A stretch of 64,000 bases of DNA from an uncultured delta proteobacterium (GTDB lineage Bacteria; Desulfobacterota; Binatia; UBA9968): assembly GCA_963760795.1 (NCBI GenBank), contig CAVXEP010000017.1, forward strand, positions 64,001 through 128,000, written 5' to 3'. The notes beneath the pieces are model-generated. The model saw only the letters and a list, made by a program, of their open reading frames with translations. It was not told where the DNA came from and made no database searches. This document shows positions 61,782-64,000 of this stretch, piece after piece. Each line of letters begins with the position of its first letter. Position 1 is the first letter of the stretch. The translations under genes and the position numbers were made by a program.

Positions 61782-62441
61782 ATGCCAGGGATGAAAATCG
61801 CTCCGTCGATATTGTCGGCCGACTTCAGTCGCTTGAAAGACGAGATCCAGGCGGTGGAAGCGGCCGGCGCCGACTGGATTCATGTCGATGTCATGGACGG
61901 CCACTTCGTACCCAACATCACCATCGGTCCCGTCGTCGTCGAGTGGGTGCGCAAGGTGACGACGATTGCCGTCGATGTCCATCTCATGATCACCGACCCA
62001 GACAAGTACGCTCCGGAATTTATCAAAGCCGGCGCCGACTGGGTGTCGATCCATCCCGACACTTGCGCCAATCCTAACGCTACATTGAAAAAAATCCGTA
62101 AGCTCGGCGCCAAGCCATCGATCGCCGTCAATCCAGATGTCCCGCTCAGCAATGTCGCCGGCTGCTTTGACGATGTCGATATGATTCTGATGATGACGGT
62201 GTTCCCAGGTTTCGGCGGCCAGGCGTTCATCGCCGATGTGCTGACGAAAATCACCGAAGTTAGGAAGTTAATCGATGCGCGTAAACCGGGCGTGCTTATC
62301 GAGGTCGACGGCGGTATTAAAACTGACAACATCGCCAGAGTGGTCCAAGCCGGCGGTGAGGTCATCGTTTCCGGCTCTGGAATCTTCAAAACGCCAAGTT
62401 ACGCCGAGACTATACGTCAGATGCGCCAAGCCGTGGGCTAA
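61782..62441 (+). CDS. rpe: Ribulose-phosphate 3-epimerase
   Basis: IAPSILSADF, HVDVMDGHFVPNIT, DVHLM, PGFGGQ, EVDGG. Confidence 0.97.
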   Translation: MPGMKIAPSILSADFSRLKDEIQAVEAAGADWIHVDVMDGHFVPNITIGPVVVEWVRKVTTIAVDVHLMITDPDKYAPEFIKAGADWVSIHPDTCANPNATLKKIRKLGAKPSIAVNPDVPLSNVAGCFDDVDMILMMTVFPGFGGQAFIADVLTKITEVRKLIDARKPGVLIEVDGGIKTDNIARVVQAGGEVIVSGSGIFKTPSYAETIRQMRQAVG

Positions 62442-62538
62442 CCCAACTATACCCCGTCAACTGACTATTCCAAGTTACAAATTCCAGATTACAAACCAAT
62501 CGTCCGACAATCCGGGATCTGGAATTTGAAATCTGCCA

Positions 62539-62566
62539 TGCCTCGCTACGCGAGGCAGTTGTTTTC
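62539..62566 (+). terminator. Possible terminator hairpin after rpe
   Basis: TGCCTCGC-tac-GCGAGGCA stem followed by gttgtttt. Confidence 0.45.
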
Positions 62567-62594
62567 CCTCGGTGGTGTGTTAGTTTGTCCGGGT

Positions 62595-62671
62595 CGGGGC
62601 GTGGCTCAGCTTGGTAGAGCGCACGGTTCGGGTCCGTGAAGTCGGTGGTTCAAATCCACTCGCCCCGACCA
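62595..62671 (+). tRNA. tRNA-Pro (anticodon CGG)
   Basis: CGGGGCG/CGCCCCG acceptor stem, D-arm TGGCTCAGCTTGGTAGAGC, CACGG-TTCGGGT-CCGTG anticodon arm, GGTTCAAATCC T-loop, encoded CCA. Confidence 0.96.
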
Positions 62672-63049
62672 TTTTTCTTCTTCCGTCTTCCAATTGTTTT
62701 CATCTACTTTTTCAAACACTTCGGAGTAGGCTACTAAGAACTTATACTCGGCATCGTCGGTGCCGGTGCGTAAGGCTTCGGGAAAGGTTTCGGTTTTCGA
62801 GCCGAATAGCCTCTGTAGCTGCTCTAGGGAATCGCTCTGAACATACCGGCCATAGAGCTTTTCGATCATCGCCACCGATGTTCCGCAATACTCGGCGAGC
62901 CACTTGATATTGACCCCATGCGATAGCGCATCCGAAATGAATATGTGCCGCGTCGCGTAGAACTTCCGTACTCGAACACCGCAGGCTGAAAGCGCTAGGT
63001 ACGAGTATTTGCCACGCCACTTGTCCTCGTTGATCGGGTTGCGCTCTTG
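62672..63049 (-). pseudogene. C-terminal part of a tyrosine recombinase/integrase interrupted by an IS3 element
   Basis: FYATRHIFIS (box II variant) and LAEYCGTSVAMIEKLYG (catalytic Tyr region); convergent on the tRNA 3' end; frame cut at the IS end. Confidence 0.75.
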
Positions 63050-63110
63050 TGAGGTAGCCCGGGTTTGACGGACACCAAGAAAGGGGTCAAAACCCCGGAG
63101 GAGGTGTTCG

Positions 63111-63405
63111 ATGACAAAGCGGAAGCAGTTTAGCGCAGAGTTCAAACGCGAAGCGGTTCGGTTGCTGGAGACATCAAAGAAACAGCCAAGCGATCTTGCC
63201 CGGGAACTCGGGGTTCGTCGCAATCAACTCTACAAGTGGAAAGATCAACTCAGCCGACGCGGCAAGCAAGCTTTCCCTGGGCACGGACGCCGGGCCAGAG
63301 AGCAGCGACGAGGTGACTCGACTGCGCGAGGAATTGGAGCAGGTTAAAGAGGAGCGAGACATTTTAAAAAAGGCCGCCGCGTACTTTGCCAAGGAGCTCA
63401 AGTGA
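63111..63405 (+). CDS. IS3 transposase OrfA (frameshift near 63295)
   Basis: KRKQFSAEFKREAV, ARELGV..NQLYKW, then EERDILKKAAAYFAK in the next frame. Confidence 0.85.
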
Positions 63406-64000
63406 AGTACGTCTTTATGCGAGCCAACCGCGAAGAGTTTGACGTCAAGCGCATGTGCGAGGTTCTACAAGTCAGCCGCAGCGGATACTACGACTGGGCT
63501 GAGCGTGAAGAGTCCAAGCGCAGCCAACAGGATCGTGTTCTGCTCAAGGAGATTCGCAAGATCCATCAGGAGACCAAGGAAGCCTACGGAGCAACCAAGA
63601 CGTGGCGACTTTGAAACAGTCGGGTACGGAATGTGGCAAGCATCGAGTGGCCCGCTACGGCGTCAGGCGGGGATCGAGGCACGGCGCAAGCGCAAATTCA
63701 GATTGGCGTACAAGGCCCGCAACACGGCCCCTGCGGCACCCAATCTTTTACGCTGGCCGTTCAAGGCCGCTTTCTCCGATCAGATCTGGGTGACGATGTA
63801 ACTTTCATCCCTACTCGATCCGGGTGGTTGTATTTGCTGTGATGATCGACTTGCATACTCGTCTAGTGTTGGTCATGAAGGACCGCCCTAACCAGGAGCT
63901 TGTCAATGAAACGCTGATGATGGCGGTGGAGCAGCGCCGACCTAAGCCGGGCCTGATTCACCACAGTGACCAGGGAATTTTGTATTCCAGTGGGAGTTAT
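63402..64000 (+). CDS. IS3 transposase OrfB (partial, several frameshifts)
   Basis: MCEVLQVSRSGYYDW, AYG, APNLL, WV.DVTFIPTRSGWLYL, LIHHSDQG (DDE domain). Confidence 0.82.

Larger units (their letters stand above)
63050..64000 (+). mobile_element. IS3-family insertion sequence (left part; right end outside the window)
   Basis: TG-starting left end TGAGGTAGCCCGGGTTTGACGGACACC, orfA HTH, A6G motif at 63366-63372, orfB with VSRSGYY, APNLL, W..D.TFI, HSDQG. Confidence 0.9.

Noticed and set aside
62606-63223. 205-aa minus-strand ORF as a complete gene
   Set aside because: It is a chimera of antisense IS3 sequence, the integrase fragment and antisense tRNA-Pro.

Overview
64-kb chromosomal window from a GC-rich diderm bacterium. 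The gene inventory (orphan solute-binding proteins, Bug/TctC, TcuA-like paralogues, deltaproteobacterial-type pilMNOPQ/aroCKBQ with an XRE gene) suggests Candidatus Binatia or a related deltaproteobacterial lineage; this is inference. Left to right: the start of a nuo operon lacking nuoB (nuoA-C-D-E); a catabolic/transport region (ABC and TTT binding proteins, CapA-like phosphoesterase, two tandem TcuA-like flavoproteins, VOC, cupin, RCK-DHH, degenerate M24); a five-gene cofactor-rich enzyme cluster of unknown product (B12 radical SAM, SDR, FAD oxidoreductase, CADD/PqqC-like heme-oxygenase-fold diiron protein, O-methyltransferase); UPF0182; a Dlt-like operon (adenylating enzyme, carrier protein, divergent MBOAT) coupled to an LtaS-family gene beside DedA, UppP and ArnT-like genes; an orphan TonB-ExbB-ExbD motor co-transcribed with two exported 24-aa DxNxDG repeat proteins, next to a VWA protein; aroQBKC; a minor-pilin/PilY1 cluster with a likely sigma-54 promoter; pilMNOPQ; priA-def-fmt-rsmB-rpe; tRNA-Pro(CGG); and an integrase fragment interrupted by an IS3-family element. 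Many genes, including housekeeping ones, carry single-base frameshifts that look like sequencing/assembly indels. The best candidates for undescribed systems are the radical SAM/HDO cluster, the repeat-protein/TonB motor module and the Dlt-like/LtaS operon. All calls come from reading motifs by eye; no database searches were run.
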